A stretch of 64,000 bases of DNA from Vermamoeba vermiformis (Eukaryota), in NCBI GenBank assembly GCA_045837725.1, contig JBEWZL010000209.1, positions 124,001 to 188,000 on the forward strand. The letters run 5' to 3'. Shown here piece after piece: positions 33,625-46,145 of this stretch. The position numbers and the translations under genes are program-made. Below the pieces are notes generated by a model. The model was not told the origin of the DNA. It saw only the letters and a list, made by a program, of their open reading frames with translations, and ran no database searches. Position 1 is the stretch's first letter, and every line of letters begins with the position of its first letter.

Positions 33625-36600
33625 ATGGCATCCGATACTTTAACAGCATTTTATGGCGATTTAAATAAGGAGAATATGCTCCCTGTAAGTACATACCTAT
33701 TATATCGCATATTATTATTAAATATATCGCATTACTTAAGCGAACATCAAATACCGTATTCAAAATAACAATTATTTTTCAAAAATAATAATTTATCGAT
33801 TAAATTATAGAATACTTCGCCATCGACCCCGCCTAAGATGGCCAAGGGAGCTCGTATTCAACCCTATAGTCCGGGCGCGAAATCTTACAATGACGAATCT
33901 GATCAAACAACGCATCCCTTGGCGCAATCCAAGCCGATCACAACCGCACAACATACATACGAACGCGAGCTGACAGAGAGTGCAGTCAACGCCATGGAGC
34001 AACAAGAGCTCGCAGCCCTGTGTCTGCGCTTGAATCGCCGTGTGGTGGAGAGTGAGCTGGAAGTGAGTGAGCTCGAGCACCGCTTGCAAGACGTCACTGA
34101 GCGCGGTCGCGATCTGCTCGACAAGTTCACGACGCGCGTGCGACAGTTGCAGCGCTTGAAGCAACAGTACGACGAGACCAAGCACAAAGTGTTGCAGCAG
34201 CAGGGCCTCGAGGACGATGTGCTCACTCTGCGCAAACAAGTCGCGGATCTGGAGCGCGCACTGCGTACTGCAAAGAGCACACCGAGCACGAGCACGAGCG
34301 AGGAGAGCAGCGACAGCACGGTGGAGTCGTTGAGCATTCGCGCTGAACTGTTGCGCGCGCACAATGTCACGCTGGAAGATCAGCTGCGCCGCGTGAAGCA
34401 ACAGCAGCACGAGAAGGACCAGACCATTGCGCAGCTGCACGGTGAATTGAAGCGCGTGCAGCAGTCCGTGGCTGAACAGGTGATTGTCAAGGACGATGTC
34501 ATCACGCGCCTCGAGCACACCATTGACGAGTAAGTCATTGCTATATTTGGCAATGTCACGTGACACTGACGCGTACACAGACTCCGCCAACAGCTGACCA
34601 ATGAGCGAGCAGCACGCCAGCACGACGAACTGCGCGCCGAAGAACGATTGCAAAGGTAAGCACGTGCTGCTGCGTGCCAGCTGTGACTGACCGTTGTTGC
34701 AGTGTCCGCGCCGAGTACGAGAGCAAGTGGCAGCAGCAGCGCGAGGACAGTGCGAGTCTGTTGAGCGATGTCGCAGAGTTGAGCGAGACCGTCAAACTGC
34801 GCGACATGACCTGCGCGGAACTGACGCGTCGTGAGAAGGAGTTGTTGGGTCGATTGGAGGAGCAGACCAAGCTCAATGCTAACCTCGAGGTATGGGGACT
34901 GTAACTAGTAGTGTGGCTGAGTACTGACTTGGCGATGCAGAACGACATCCGCTTGATCTACAAGAAACACCAACAAGATCTGAAGGAAGTCGCTGAGCGA
35001 TACAAGGTAATTAGGATTGCCCAACTATCACCACGATATTAATCAACGCATGCAGTACGAAGACTACCGCTCGCGCTACAGTGCGGTGGTGCAAGACCGC
35101 GATGCCCTGGTTGATCACGTGACAGAGTGCTGGTCAGTGGTCGAGGACTCGCTGGAACTCACTGCGCTGCAACAAGAACTCAGTGCGCACCTCGCTGACA
35201 CCACTGCGCTATTTTTAGACCGCGCTCAGCACGTATCTCAAGTGCGAGATCGCGTGGTGTCCAATCAGCAACAATTGGAGCACGTGCACGCACAACAGAC
35301 ACGTGCAATGACGGAGATGCGCGCTGCTATTCGTGAACGCGAGTCAGTGATTGACACGTTGACAGGCGAGTGTCAACAACTGCACACTCAGCTGTCACAT
35401 GTCACGCAACACGTGGCTGCACGAGATGACATGGTAAGTGGACATTACTATATTTGGCAATAGCATCCAATACTCATTGCGCCATGCAGATCAACAATCT
35501 CCGCGCCGATCTCGCCGCTCGTGAGGATGAAATCTCCGACTTGCAATCGAGTGTCACGGAGCTGACAGCGGAATTACTCGCGCGTCAAGCCCTGGCAGAG
35601 AGCTCGCACGAAATCATGCAAGAACAACTGGAGCGCGTGACAGCACTGAACACGGAGCTGTACAGCGAACTCGATCAGACGCGCCAAGAACTGCTGCAGC
35701 ACGTGTCCGCACTGCACACTCAGCACGAAGAGGCACAGGTGTTGAAGCGCGCAGTGTGGGACCGACAGCGCGACGTGCACTGCTTGACACGCGATGTGAC
35801 TGCACTGCGCGAGACCATTGAGTTCATTGAACAAGAGCGCATCATCGCTGAGAATCACGCCACCGAGCTCAATGACCAAATTAGGCAATTGACTGAACAA
35901 CTCTGCACTGCTCAAGACGACAACACGCGCCTGACAGCGGAGATTGCCGAGATGCAACACGAGAGCGCAGAACAACGCGCAGCCATTGAGTCACGTGATC
36001 AGAACATCGCTCAACTTCGCGGAGATCTTGCCGAGATGCGTGCAGCACACGAGCACGTGACTGAAGAGTTGGCCCGCACACGCGAACAGCTGCAACAACA
36101 GCAACGACTGGAGAGCGAGGTGCGCACCATGTTGAGCGAGACAGTGGCACGTGACAACGAGCACGTGGAGCAGTTGGAGCGTGAAATCTCCCTGGCGATG
36201 GGTCGCGAACTGTTGCTGACGTCACAAGTGCACTCCAGCACGCGCCGCATCGAGTCACTGATGCTGGAGCAAGACGAGTTGACAGCACGCATCGCACACT
36301 TGCAGCGTCACGTGACTGACCTCGAAGTGTCTGCGGAAGAATTGCAGCAGACGATTCAAGCACGTGATCAACAGCTGCACGACTTGACCGCACAGCACGA
36401 GCAGCACGTGACTCGTCTCACCGAAGAGCGATCACGTGACTTGACTGCGCGCGATGAAGAATTGCAACGCATGCGCAGCCACTACGAAGAGGGTTTGACA
36501 CGTGTCAAATCGGAGTTCCAATCGCAGCTGGAACACCAAATTAAGAACACTGACAGCACCAAGGCCGAGTTGACAGCACAGCTCATCAGTGCGGAACAAG

Positions 36601-37487
36601 ACTTGACACTGGCACGCTCGACCATTGACGAGCTCAGCCATTCACTGAACGAAGCACGTGCCTGGGAAGAGAAATTCCGTCAACAAATCGATGCAAACAC
36701 GCAACTGACAGCCACCGTGACCTCGCAACAGAGTGCGCTTACTGGCCTCGAATCACAACTGCAATCTTTGCAGACACAGTGCACGGAACTGGCGCGAGCA
36801 CGTGACAGCCAAATTGAGCGCGCACGTGGTCTGGAGCGCACACTCGCTGAACACGTGAGTGAACTGCGCTCGTGGCAGCGCAAGGGCTCAGAGCTGACTG
36901 CGCGCCTGGCTGAAGAACGCGCGTCCTATGCAGCACAGTGCGTGGAGAACGAGCTGGTGCGCAGTGAACTCAGTGCCCTGGTAGAGCAACACCGACTCGG
37001 TCAACACAAAGTCAAACTGTTGCAGGCACTGATCGGCACCCTGTTGCTGCAAGTGGACTACTTGTGTCGCGTGCAAATACCGCGCGGCGAGAGTCAGAAC
37101 AGCGTGGCAACACTGCTCAAGAAAGAGGCCAGTCTGCTCGCACAACAGCGCAAGTTGACCGAGCTGCACGAGCTCTATCGCAGTGCCTGTGCGGAGGTGG
37201 AGCGATTGCGCGGCGTGATCAGCGAGCACGAGCACCGCTTGGCAGAGGTGGAGGACCGCTACGAAGAGCTGCTGAAGATGACCAAGAACGAGGTGTGGAA
37301 GACGAAGGAGCGACACGATGTGGCGGAAGAGAACTGTCAGATCTACGCTGGATTGGTCAAGCAGATCTACGACCAACTACAACAACAGCAAGGAGACAGC
37401 GCGGAGAGCTTGACTGCTAAGCTCAATCAGCTGATCCACTCCACGATTGAGTTCAGCGAGCAAGACGAGTGCTCCTCCGACAGCTAA
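33625..37487 (+). CDS. Very long coiled-coil protein with N-terminal KEN box
   Basis: Exon 1 MASDTLTAFYGDLNKENMLP spliced to NTSPSTPPKM; chained heptad ORFs up to 677 aa. Confidence 0.8.
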
Positions 37488-37576
37488 GCTGAGCTCTGTA
37501 ATTACTGAGAATAGGGCACTTTAATTAGTGATTTATTCTGTTTGTATATTGTAACATAAAACCCTCGAGTTTGATA

Positions 37577-39501
37577 TTATGCACTGTCTGGTTTGTTCGC
37601 TTCGGCCAAGCTGACAATAAGAGGTTAGTACTATATGCGAGGCCCGTGAGTGCGCACTACCTGAGCTGTTCGGTGACAAACTGCGTGAGGTGGTCGAGTG
37701 TGGCAGGACCGTAGTAGTAGACGGGCGTGCTGTTGTGTGCGCGCCAGAACAAGAAGCTGGGCAGCACTGAGACCTGTGCGGCACAGTGGTGAGTACGGCA
37801 CTGCAGGACTGACGCGCACTTACATTGAGCTGTGCCTCGACTGGCAGTGTGCCCTGATTGATGTCAAATGCCCCCACCAAGATCTGATGTCCCTCGCGGG
37901 GTGTGCTGAGCTGTGCCGCGAGTTGTTCCCAGACAGGTGTCACGGCACGGCAGTTGACGCACCACTGCGCGTAGAACTCGACGAACACGTGACGTGCCTC
38001 TGTGCCCTGCAGCACTGCATTGAGCTCATCCAGCGCCAAGTGCGCGACAGCACTGTCCTCACTGAACACGGGGGCTTGTTCCTCGCGGGGACGTGACACG
38101 TGCCACTCGCTGAGCCAGTTGATTGCGCCCTTGTTGGTCACGTGCTGTTCAGGGTCCCACACAGCCTCGAGACCCTTGAGTCCCACGACTGCCAGTGTTG
38201 GTAGCTGCGAGGCATCGAGCCCAACGAGGGGCAAGAAGGCACCGAACAGCCCGCCGTTGAAGAGCACAAAGTCGTACTCGTCGTGCAAGCTCTTGGCGGC
38301 AGCTTTGAAGGCATTCAGCACGGCACTGGACTGCTCCTTGGACTCGCTCACTGCTGCAATCACTTTCGGCTTGCTGCCTGCAAAGACACCTGTTTGACAC
38401 GTGTCAATAACATACTGACAGGCTGTTAGCGGGTACTTACGGAACACGTTGAAGAATGAAAAGTCTTGCTACGAGTGAAGGTCAGCTGTGTGGTACGACA
38501 TTGCCATAAAAGGAAATACTCACGTAAAGCGGTGTGTTCTGTTCTTGAATCAGTTTGACCAGGGCACTGAAGTCGTACTGACTGACATCTTCAATCACGT
38601 GACCCTTCTCGCCTGGACGATAAATCACCAGCGAATCATCGCGCTTGATCTTCAAGCTAAAAATAGATCAGCGGAGTTCAGTGTCTGACACGTGTCACAT
38701 ACCTCTTCGCAGCCTCAGCACGTGTCACGAGCATGAAGTCGATGTCGTTCTGAAAGTGACGCGCGACACGTGTGAAAGTGTCAAGAGTTTCCTTTTTTGT
38801 CGAGCCCTGGTCGAGATAGGCAATCACATAGACACTCTCGCGGTCCTCTTCACTGAACTGCTTGCGCTGTGTCTTGGTGTCGAGTGCGCGCACAGCAGGC
38901 ACGGTGAACAGTCGCTGCAGCCAATCACCGAACACGAGGCCCATGCGCTGGCCCAGGTACTCGCGGCTGCGTCCTTCGCGAATCACGTGGAGGGCGGGCA
39001 CCATGGAGACTTGCAGCTGACAGGTGTCAATAGGTGACTTGTGCGAGCAGAGTGACACTTACGCGCGTGACTATATCAGGGTGTGCCTGTGCATCGATCG
39101 ACACGAACACGATCTGACCGGGACCGAGCACTTGATTGAAGCGTGCTTCGATGCCCTCTAATTCACCAGTCAATCGCTCGACTTGTTCTTTGGCGGCTTC
39201 TTGATTGGTGGTACTATAAGGACTATTAATAGCTGCTGGCATGTTGGAGCAAATAAGGCCACAATAATTATTAATAATAATAATATAATATTATCCGCCA
39301 ATTATCTCTGATCTACTCTGCAAAACAGCATGCGCTATATATACACGAAGCCAACACATATCATACGTACAGAAATACTACAACTACATCGTGGGTGCGC
39401 GCGAGCTGATCCAAGTCCTTAGTCGCCACCGCTTTGAGTGCGTGACTGCAGGTTAGTGCACTCAATACGAGGCACACGAGTGCAATGATATTAGCGCGCA
39501 T
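37577..39501 (-). CDS. Secreted/ER multi-thioredoxin-fold (PDI-like) protein
   Basis: Signal peptide MRANIIALVCLVLSALTCSHA; 'FVEFYAQWCVNC'; 3' end uncertain (37657 or 37577). Confidence 0.75.
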
Positions 39502-39639
39502 TGATATATAGATACTACTAGTGGTACTGCAATGCGCTGAACAATTCTAAAGATATTTCGCTGCGCTGAGAATTCATCGAGTGCGAGCAATAGACTTTAT
39601 TATGAATACAGTGCTATGTACAGTAGTATAGGCGATCCT

Positions 39640-40598
39640 CTACCGCACAGGAGGGTGCAGGGGCAGTGTCAAGAGGTCCTTGAAGAGCTCAATCTGATAG
39701 TCGTAGTCGCGCGTGACATTCGGATCTGCATTGATCAGCACGGTGGTCATCGCGCACTGCTTGGCTGCACTGAGCTCGCCTTGGTGATGCCCTACGAACA
39801 CCACTTCGGGACCTGTCAGCTGCAGGGCCTCGAGGGCGAGGTGAAATATCTTGAGATCAGGTTTCTTGCAGCCGACCTCGGCGCTGTTGACGAAGCAGTG
39901 CCAGTGCGTATAGTGCAAGTCACGTGCCTGCAGCCAGCGCAACTTGTCTGCACTCTGCGACACGCTGTTCGTGATCACACCGAGCTTGTAGCCGCGCGCA
40001 CGGAGCAGGGGCAGGGTCTCATTGACAGTGGGATAGAGCGCGATGTTGGACTCAGCCTGGTGCAGCACTAGCAGTGCGTCTTCGCGGTCCTCCATGCGCA
40101 CGTCGAGCCAATCGAGGATCTGCTCGTAGTAGCGTCGTCCACTCACTTCTCCAATAGTCGCGCGGCGTCGCATGGCCTTGATAGCCTCATTGTCAGGTGC
40201 GGCCTAGTGGCAAACATATCAGATTTGTGGAATTCTAATCGCGCTACACGAAAAGTAACGGATTGAGGAATTCCTGAATTTATGCACGGAATTCTGAGTT
40301 AAGCAGTAACGCTCAGATATATTGCAACAATATTATACGCGTACATTGATCTTCGAGATCAGCTTCTCTTTATCGTAAGTGCCGAGTTTGAGCAGATGAT
40401 CTTCCAATGCCAATAATTTCTTTCTTAATCGTCGATAAACTATTCCAACGAATTTTAATATATATCACCCTAATTTAGAGTGGTAATATTCAACGTACTA
40501 ACACCATTCGCATCCATGACAATTGCTTTGTGCGCCGTTTGCGTGGCGTAAGATCTAGCCGCACGGCGACAAGTCTGCTTGACGATCGTGCTGAACAT
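39640..40598 (-). CDS. HAD-superfamily hydrolase, probable mitochondrial presequence
   Basis: 'IVMDANGVI', 'LGVITNS', 'EVGCKKPD', 'VFVGH'. Confidence 0.85.
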
Positions 40599-40897
40599 GA
40601 GCTAGTGATAGTGTTGAGTGTGTATTGCAGCTGTGGTGTTCTGATCTGTTGGTGATTTGACTCTCAACCAGTCACTCGGTTTAAATGCCCAAGAAAACTT
40701 TCCAAATAAGGACAAACACACCCGAGCACGGTGCATTGAGTGCAGAATTCCACCAGTGCCGCGCTGCCATTGGTCAGGTGTGTTGTTGCGGCTGGCTGGT
40801 TGCTGCACGTGCCGAGTGGGCAGCAAAAAAAACAGTCACGTCAGCAGCACATAAAGCAAGTGTTTGTATCAACTAGAGCTCCATATCGCCATACCCA

Positions 40898-41824
40898 ATG
40901 AAGAGTCTGTTGTCGAGTTGCTTAGTCGTGCTCGCAGTGGTGGTCCTCGCAGAGGGCTTGTCATTCACACTCGGTCCGGGCAAAGAAGAGTGCTTTTACG
41001 AGAATGTTAATCAGGGCACCACCGTCAGCATTGTATTTCAAGTGAACACTGGTGGTCGTAATGATATCGATCTTAATGTACGTCATGAATTGATTTCAAA
41101 CAATTAGATGGAGACAAAATATTTTTAAAAATTATATTTTGCTCTTAATCACATTATTTGACCACTAAAGTGCCCAATAATTATGCCCAATATTAATGTA
41201 ATAATTTAGGTCAAAGGTCCTGACGGCAGAATCATTTATCAACGACGTCGCGAACAAGAAGGCAGATACGTGTTCCAAGCCCCTCTCAACGGCATTTACA
41301 CTGTCTGCTTCAGCAATCAGATGTCGTCTTTCTCTTCCAAGCAAATTTCATTCGATATTGACGTCGGCAAGGAGGCTGAAAAGGAAACTGAGAAGCCAGG
41401 TACAGATGCACAAAACACTTCTTAATGAGCTCAGACTAATGCATTATTACTAACAGAGGACTTATCGCCCTTGGAGACTTCTATTTCCCAATTGAGCAAT
41501 CTCTTGGCCACTGTTCAATCTGAACAAAAGTACTTGAAGATGCGCGAAATCCGTCACAAGCTGAGTAAGTCACAGCCATGCTTATGAGCTCTACACGACA
41601 TATTAATAATATATATGTAGCCACTGACAGCACCAACACCCGTGTTATTTGGTGGAACATTTTTGAAGCCGTGGCCTTGGTGGGCATGAGCGTGTTTCAG
41701 ATCTACTACTTGAGACGGTGAGTAACTTGCTGTTGTCTTTAATAACGTTATATTTATTATATATCAATGTGCATCGACTCATATGTTCTATTTCAGATTC
41801 TTCGAGGACAAGCGCACTATTTAA
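40898..41824 (+). CDS. p24/emp24/TMED cargo receptor (GOLD domain)
   Basis: Signal peptide, 'KEECFYE', 'YTVCFSNQMS', 'QIYYLRRFFEDKRTI*'. Confidence 0.93.
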
Positions 41825-42077
41825 AATCAGTTCTGTAATTGAAACTGGATCCACTCTTGAACATATAAATTTCTTGTTTATCTTACTATGACTGGCTCTA
41901 TTAATGGCTGTATATTGGCATCCGCTTATTGTGCTGAATACTCATGGCGCACCTATTGATATTACGTTCGTCATTCTCGCTAAAATTTGAGTTCAGCCTA
42001 CTGAACGGATGTAAATCATTCGTGTGACCGTAGAGTTGTCCGCCAGGCCGTTGTGACTCACATCCAGAACTTTTAAC

Positions 42078-42255
42078 CAACAACCACACCTGACCAATGG
42101 CTGCGCGGCACTGGTGGAATTCTGCGCTCAATGCACCGAGTGACTGACAGCAGATCAGAACACCACAGCTGCAATACACACTCAACACTACCACTAGCTC
42201 ATGTTCAGCACGATCGTTGATCGCACTCGATGAATTCTCAGCGCACATAAATATC
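42078..42255 (+). repeat. Inverted duplicate of 40582-40790 fused to an inverted copy of 39552-39586
   Basis: Near-exact reverse-complement matches; 42221-42245 equals the reverse complement of 39562-39586. Confidence 0.9.
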
Positions 42256-42257
42256 AC

Positions 42258-42931
42258 CTAACTGTATTTCTTTTCTTTGAGTAGTGTGTCTGTTTCCTCG
42301 GTAGGTACGTTTTTCTGACTTTTCTTCGGGGTAGAAAGTGCTATCCGATACGTTGCCTTAGGGCGAAGGTGGTTGATTTCTTTGCCCATCTCGTCGACGA
42401 TGATTAACGTTTTTGGGTCATTCTTCAATTTGTAGGCTCTCAATAACTTCGGAGTAAAACTGCCTGCCATTACCCTCCTACTTCTCGTGGCAACCAGGAG
42501 TATGCACGTCTGTTTATTAATAATTAATTTTCGTTATAAAGAACGTCCTTTCTTACTTGCTCTAAAGAGGCAAAGAAAATGTCCCTAAAATTTTTTTTGA
42601 AGTTTGTAATTGCAACAGATGAGACACAGAAATGATCCGCAAGATCTTTTTGGAGTACCCAACCCAACTCGGTATCGATACCATTCATTAGTGCAATACT
42701 TGCTGCAGCAATAGTGCCAATTTCGTGCTTTGTATTAGGTAACTGGTTTAAAAAATGGTGTATTACTTCGACGGCGACGTCATCTTCTCCAAGTGGTAAT
42801 CCACTCTTATGCGCGAACCAATCCTTTACTTGCTCTAATATTTGTGCTGTTTCGGCAGAGTCTTCGATCGACAGTCGGTGAAAGAGGCCCTCAAGGTTAT
42901 CCTTCGTTCTATGCGTCATTTCGTTCGTCAT
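42258..42931 (-). CDS. Orphan protein with a TFIIB/cyclin-repeat-like segment
   Basis: 'IAAASIAL...QKDLADHFCVSSVAITNFKK'; GT-AG intron about 42556-42510 joins the two ORFs in frame. Confidence 0.55.
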
Positions 42932-43136
42932 AATTGTGATGGGATGGTGCTGTGGTCGCGGTTGTGTTGTGATATTACGCACATGTTCGCAGGGCTGAAA
43001 TTGATTCTTGTTGCAACGCACTCGAACAACTTTGCTATTGTATTATACCACACTAGGCATCAACATTATTGACAAGTTGAATATGATTATAGACCATTAA
43101 ATACGACTCCTGACACCATCCGAAAGCTAATCCGCG

Positions 43137-46100
43137 ATGAGTCAACTCCTCAAAACGTACATTCTGCAGGCAGTGAATAGCGTGAAAGAGTTCTACAAAC
43201 AGTCGCCCAAGCTGCCTATTGTCGTCTTTTATCGCTATTTGTGGGAACACAATCGCAACTTGTTGTTGAAGACACTCTTCTTCAACTACATCTTTCCAGT
43301 CATGGTAGAAATATTGCCGTAAGTTACTCTATCATATAGTGCTATTTATAATCATATCAGATCGTTACAATGGCAATTAAGACCCTAAAATTAATATTTC
43401 AATTAATTTTTGTGATTTTTTTCTCGTCCCAATGCCCGGTCTGAAACATTAGATTGCTAATCAGTGCTATTCTATTCTAATTATAGATGGTGGGCCTCTC
43501 GACGTAAAGTCGGCAACAAGTTGCGTAGTTCTCGGATCAAGCTGAACCACAACATGGTTACAGGCCAGGACTTTGTATTCAGCAAAATGCAGGATTTCTT
43601 GCTCAAATGTTTCTTATATATATTCTTGGACAGTAGCACTCGCGTCATTAAGAACAGACTCGTATCCTAATTCACTCCGATCTAGATCCAGACTTTTATA
43701 ACCTCGTTTACTTGTTTCTCCTTGACATTTGTGCACTCTAGGCCCTCGAAAACAAGTTCGTCATTAAGAAGTTGGTGTTAGAGAAGATTTTGTATTCCGA
43801 ATCGCGTGCCTTCGAGACGCTGAACATCAACACGGAGAATCTGGAAGAGAAGATCACGAATGATATTACAGACACGCTGAACTTCATCAACAGATACTTG
43901 CCCTCGCTAGTCTCAGGACTCTACGCCTTTGGTATTGAATCAGCCATGCTCTATCGCAAGCGCCACACGATCGACATGTTGGCGGTGATCTATCCGCTCA
44001 TCATTGCGAGCTTCAACAAGCTGCTGGACATTATACAGAAGCGCTATTTAAAGAAGAAACAAAAAATCAAGTCCAAGCACAACACTGACATGTTGGACAG
44101 TTGCATGGCCAATGCGATTGCTGGATTCACTGACATCCAAGTCAACAACTTGCAAGAGGTCGAACTTGGCTTCTTTGAGCGTGTGGCACGTGAGTAGCAT
44201 CATAATGAGCACTAATACGATGCATCATATTGACGCATTTACAGAGAAAGAAATCAACAACAAAGAGGGGTTCAAAGGGTTTTTAATTAAATCCATTTCC
44301 ACCATCAATCAAATGTCTGTATTCGCCTATGCAATTGAGGTCTATTTTGTACATAAGGTGAGTCATATAGCACATCTCTATTTGTTGCTGTGTACTCACG
44401 TTGCAATCAGATCATGAAACGACAGAACTTTGACCACAAACAATTCTCTAAAATTCAGCAAGAGATCGATCACGTTGTGTACGTAGTATATTAATGTATG
44501 CCTATTATATCAGCTATTAACGGCCTCGCAGCACATTGGCCCGCAATTCCTACAATTTGTTGACCAAGAGCAAGTCGCTCTTCAAATATCAGTCCAAAGT
44601 CGGCAAATTGTTGCACATTCAGAACTGGCGCAATGAAATGCAACACTTGCACGTGAGGTACGCTGTTTGACACCTCTGACACCTGTCACTAACCACGCTG
44701 CAGCGAGATCACCGAGTTCACTGAACTGCGCATTCGCGGCGTCAAGTTCAGCTATCGCGAGGACCAATTGGCAGCGCTCAACTTGCAAGAGGATCAAGAG
44801 ATCTTGGTACGTGTCACAGCTCACCACGTGATTGTGTCTAATTCACTGAAATGTTCAGTTCGAGGCCGGCAAGAAGTACGCGTTGATTGGTCAGAACAAA
44901 GCGGGCAAGTCCACGCTGACCAAGATCATCTGCAAGCTGTACAAGCCTGACGAGGGCTACATTGCCCTCAACGGCATTCCTTATTCGGAAATACCACGTG
45001 TCGTGCTGCGCAATCTCATCTCGTACATTCCACAAAAGGCGTTCATATTCCCCGGCACTATTCGCGAGAACATTCTCGTCGGCAATCCCAACGCCACTGA
45101 AGAGGAGTGTAAGTAGTGAAGTGCAGTTGTTTAGTGGCCCTCTACTCACACTTCACCAGTGCTCGCAGCCGCAGAAGCAGCAGGCGTGTTCGCATTCGTG
45201 GTCAATGATCTCAGTCCGCGCATGCGTCGCACATTCAGCACACCCAACTTCGCCAATCAGTTGAGTGCTGAGAGTGAGAACAAATCACCGCTCAAGCGCA
45301 CTGGTCTCAAGCCACACCCCGAGAGCTCCATGTTGCGCACTGTCAGCTACAAAGAGCTCGACAGCATTGTCTCGCCGCACCCCGAGAGTGACTTCTACTC
45401 CAACTCGCAGTTCGGCATGTATCCCCTCGTGCTGCCTGACCGAGTGCGCGGCAAACACACGCGCTCCAAGAAAGACAAAGGCCCCAAGCCCTCATCGTTC
45501 TTGACAGACTCGATTGACTGGGACAGCGATGACAGCGATGAGGACTCGTCGGAAGATGAGTCGCGCGATGAGAATGACTCGGACGAGGACAGCGCGGAGA
45601 GTGACGAGAAGACGCAGATCATGAAGACGAGTGCCGATGTGATGGAGGACAACAACGACTTGGCGACCAGTGGCGAGGGCGAGAAGAAAGAGAAGAAGAA
45701 GAAGAAAAAGAAGTACAAGAAGAGCGGCTCTAGTCTCAATCTGCGCGCTAGTTACGAGAACAGCGCGAACTTCAAGGCGCACAAGATGGACAAGTCCAAG
45801 CACCCCATTCTCGATCAGTACATTGGCGGCGATGTCAGTGGTGGATTCGCGCAGTCGATCTCACTGGCGCGCGTGTTTGTGCGCACCTCAGCCAAGATAG
45901 TGATACTGGACGAGTCGATGAGTCAAATGGATCAGATCAAAGTGCGCTCTATTGTCTTCCCGAAGCTGTTTCAATTCGTCAACAAGTGGAACATGTGCTT
46001 GATCATCATTACGCACAACATGACTGCCATGCACGATCTGGATCACATCTACGTGCTGCACGAGGGTGAAATAGCGCATGAGGGCACGCATCAACAGCTC

Positions 46101-46145
46101 TTGGACTCTAAGGCCGAGTTATATATGCAGTTGCTTGGTCAATAA
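43137..46145 (+). CDS. ABC half-transporter-like protein with a large NBD insertion
   Basis: Walker A GQNKAGKST, Q-loop 'YIPQ', VSGGF, 'ILDE', 'IITH'; multiple introns. Confidence 0.85.
43662..43741 (+). other. U12-type (minor) intron
   Basis: Donor GTATCCTA, branch TCCTTGAC at 43719-43726, TAG acceptor, reading frame restored. Confidence 0.8.

Noticed and set aside
13535-34653. Long antisense or alternative-frame ORFs (e.g. 13535-14212, 15005-15727, 18041-18901, 30291-31322, 33805-34653)
   Set aside because: Shadows of real genes with G/C-ending codons; no recognisable motifs.
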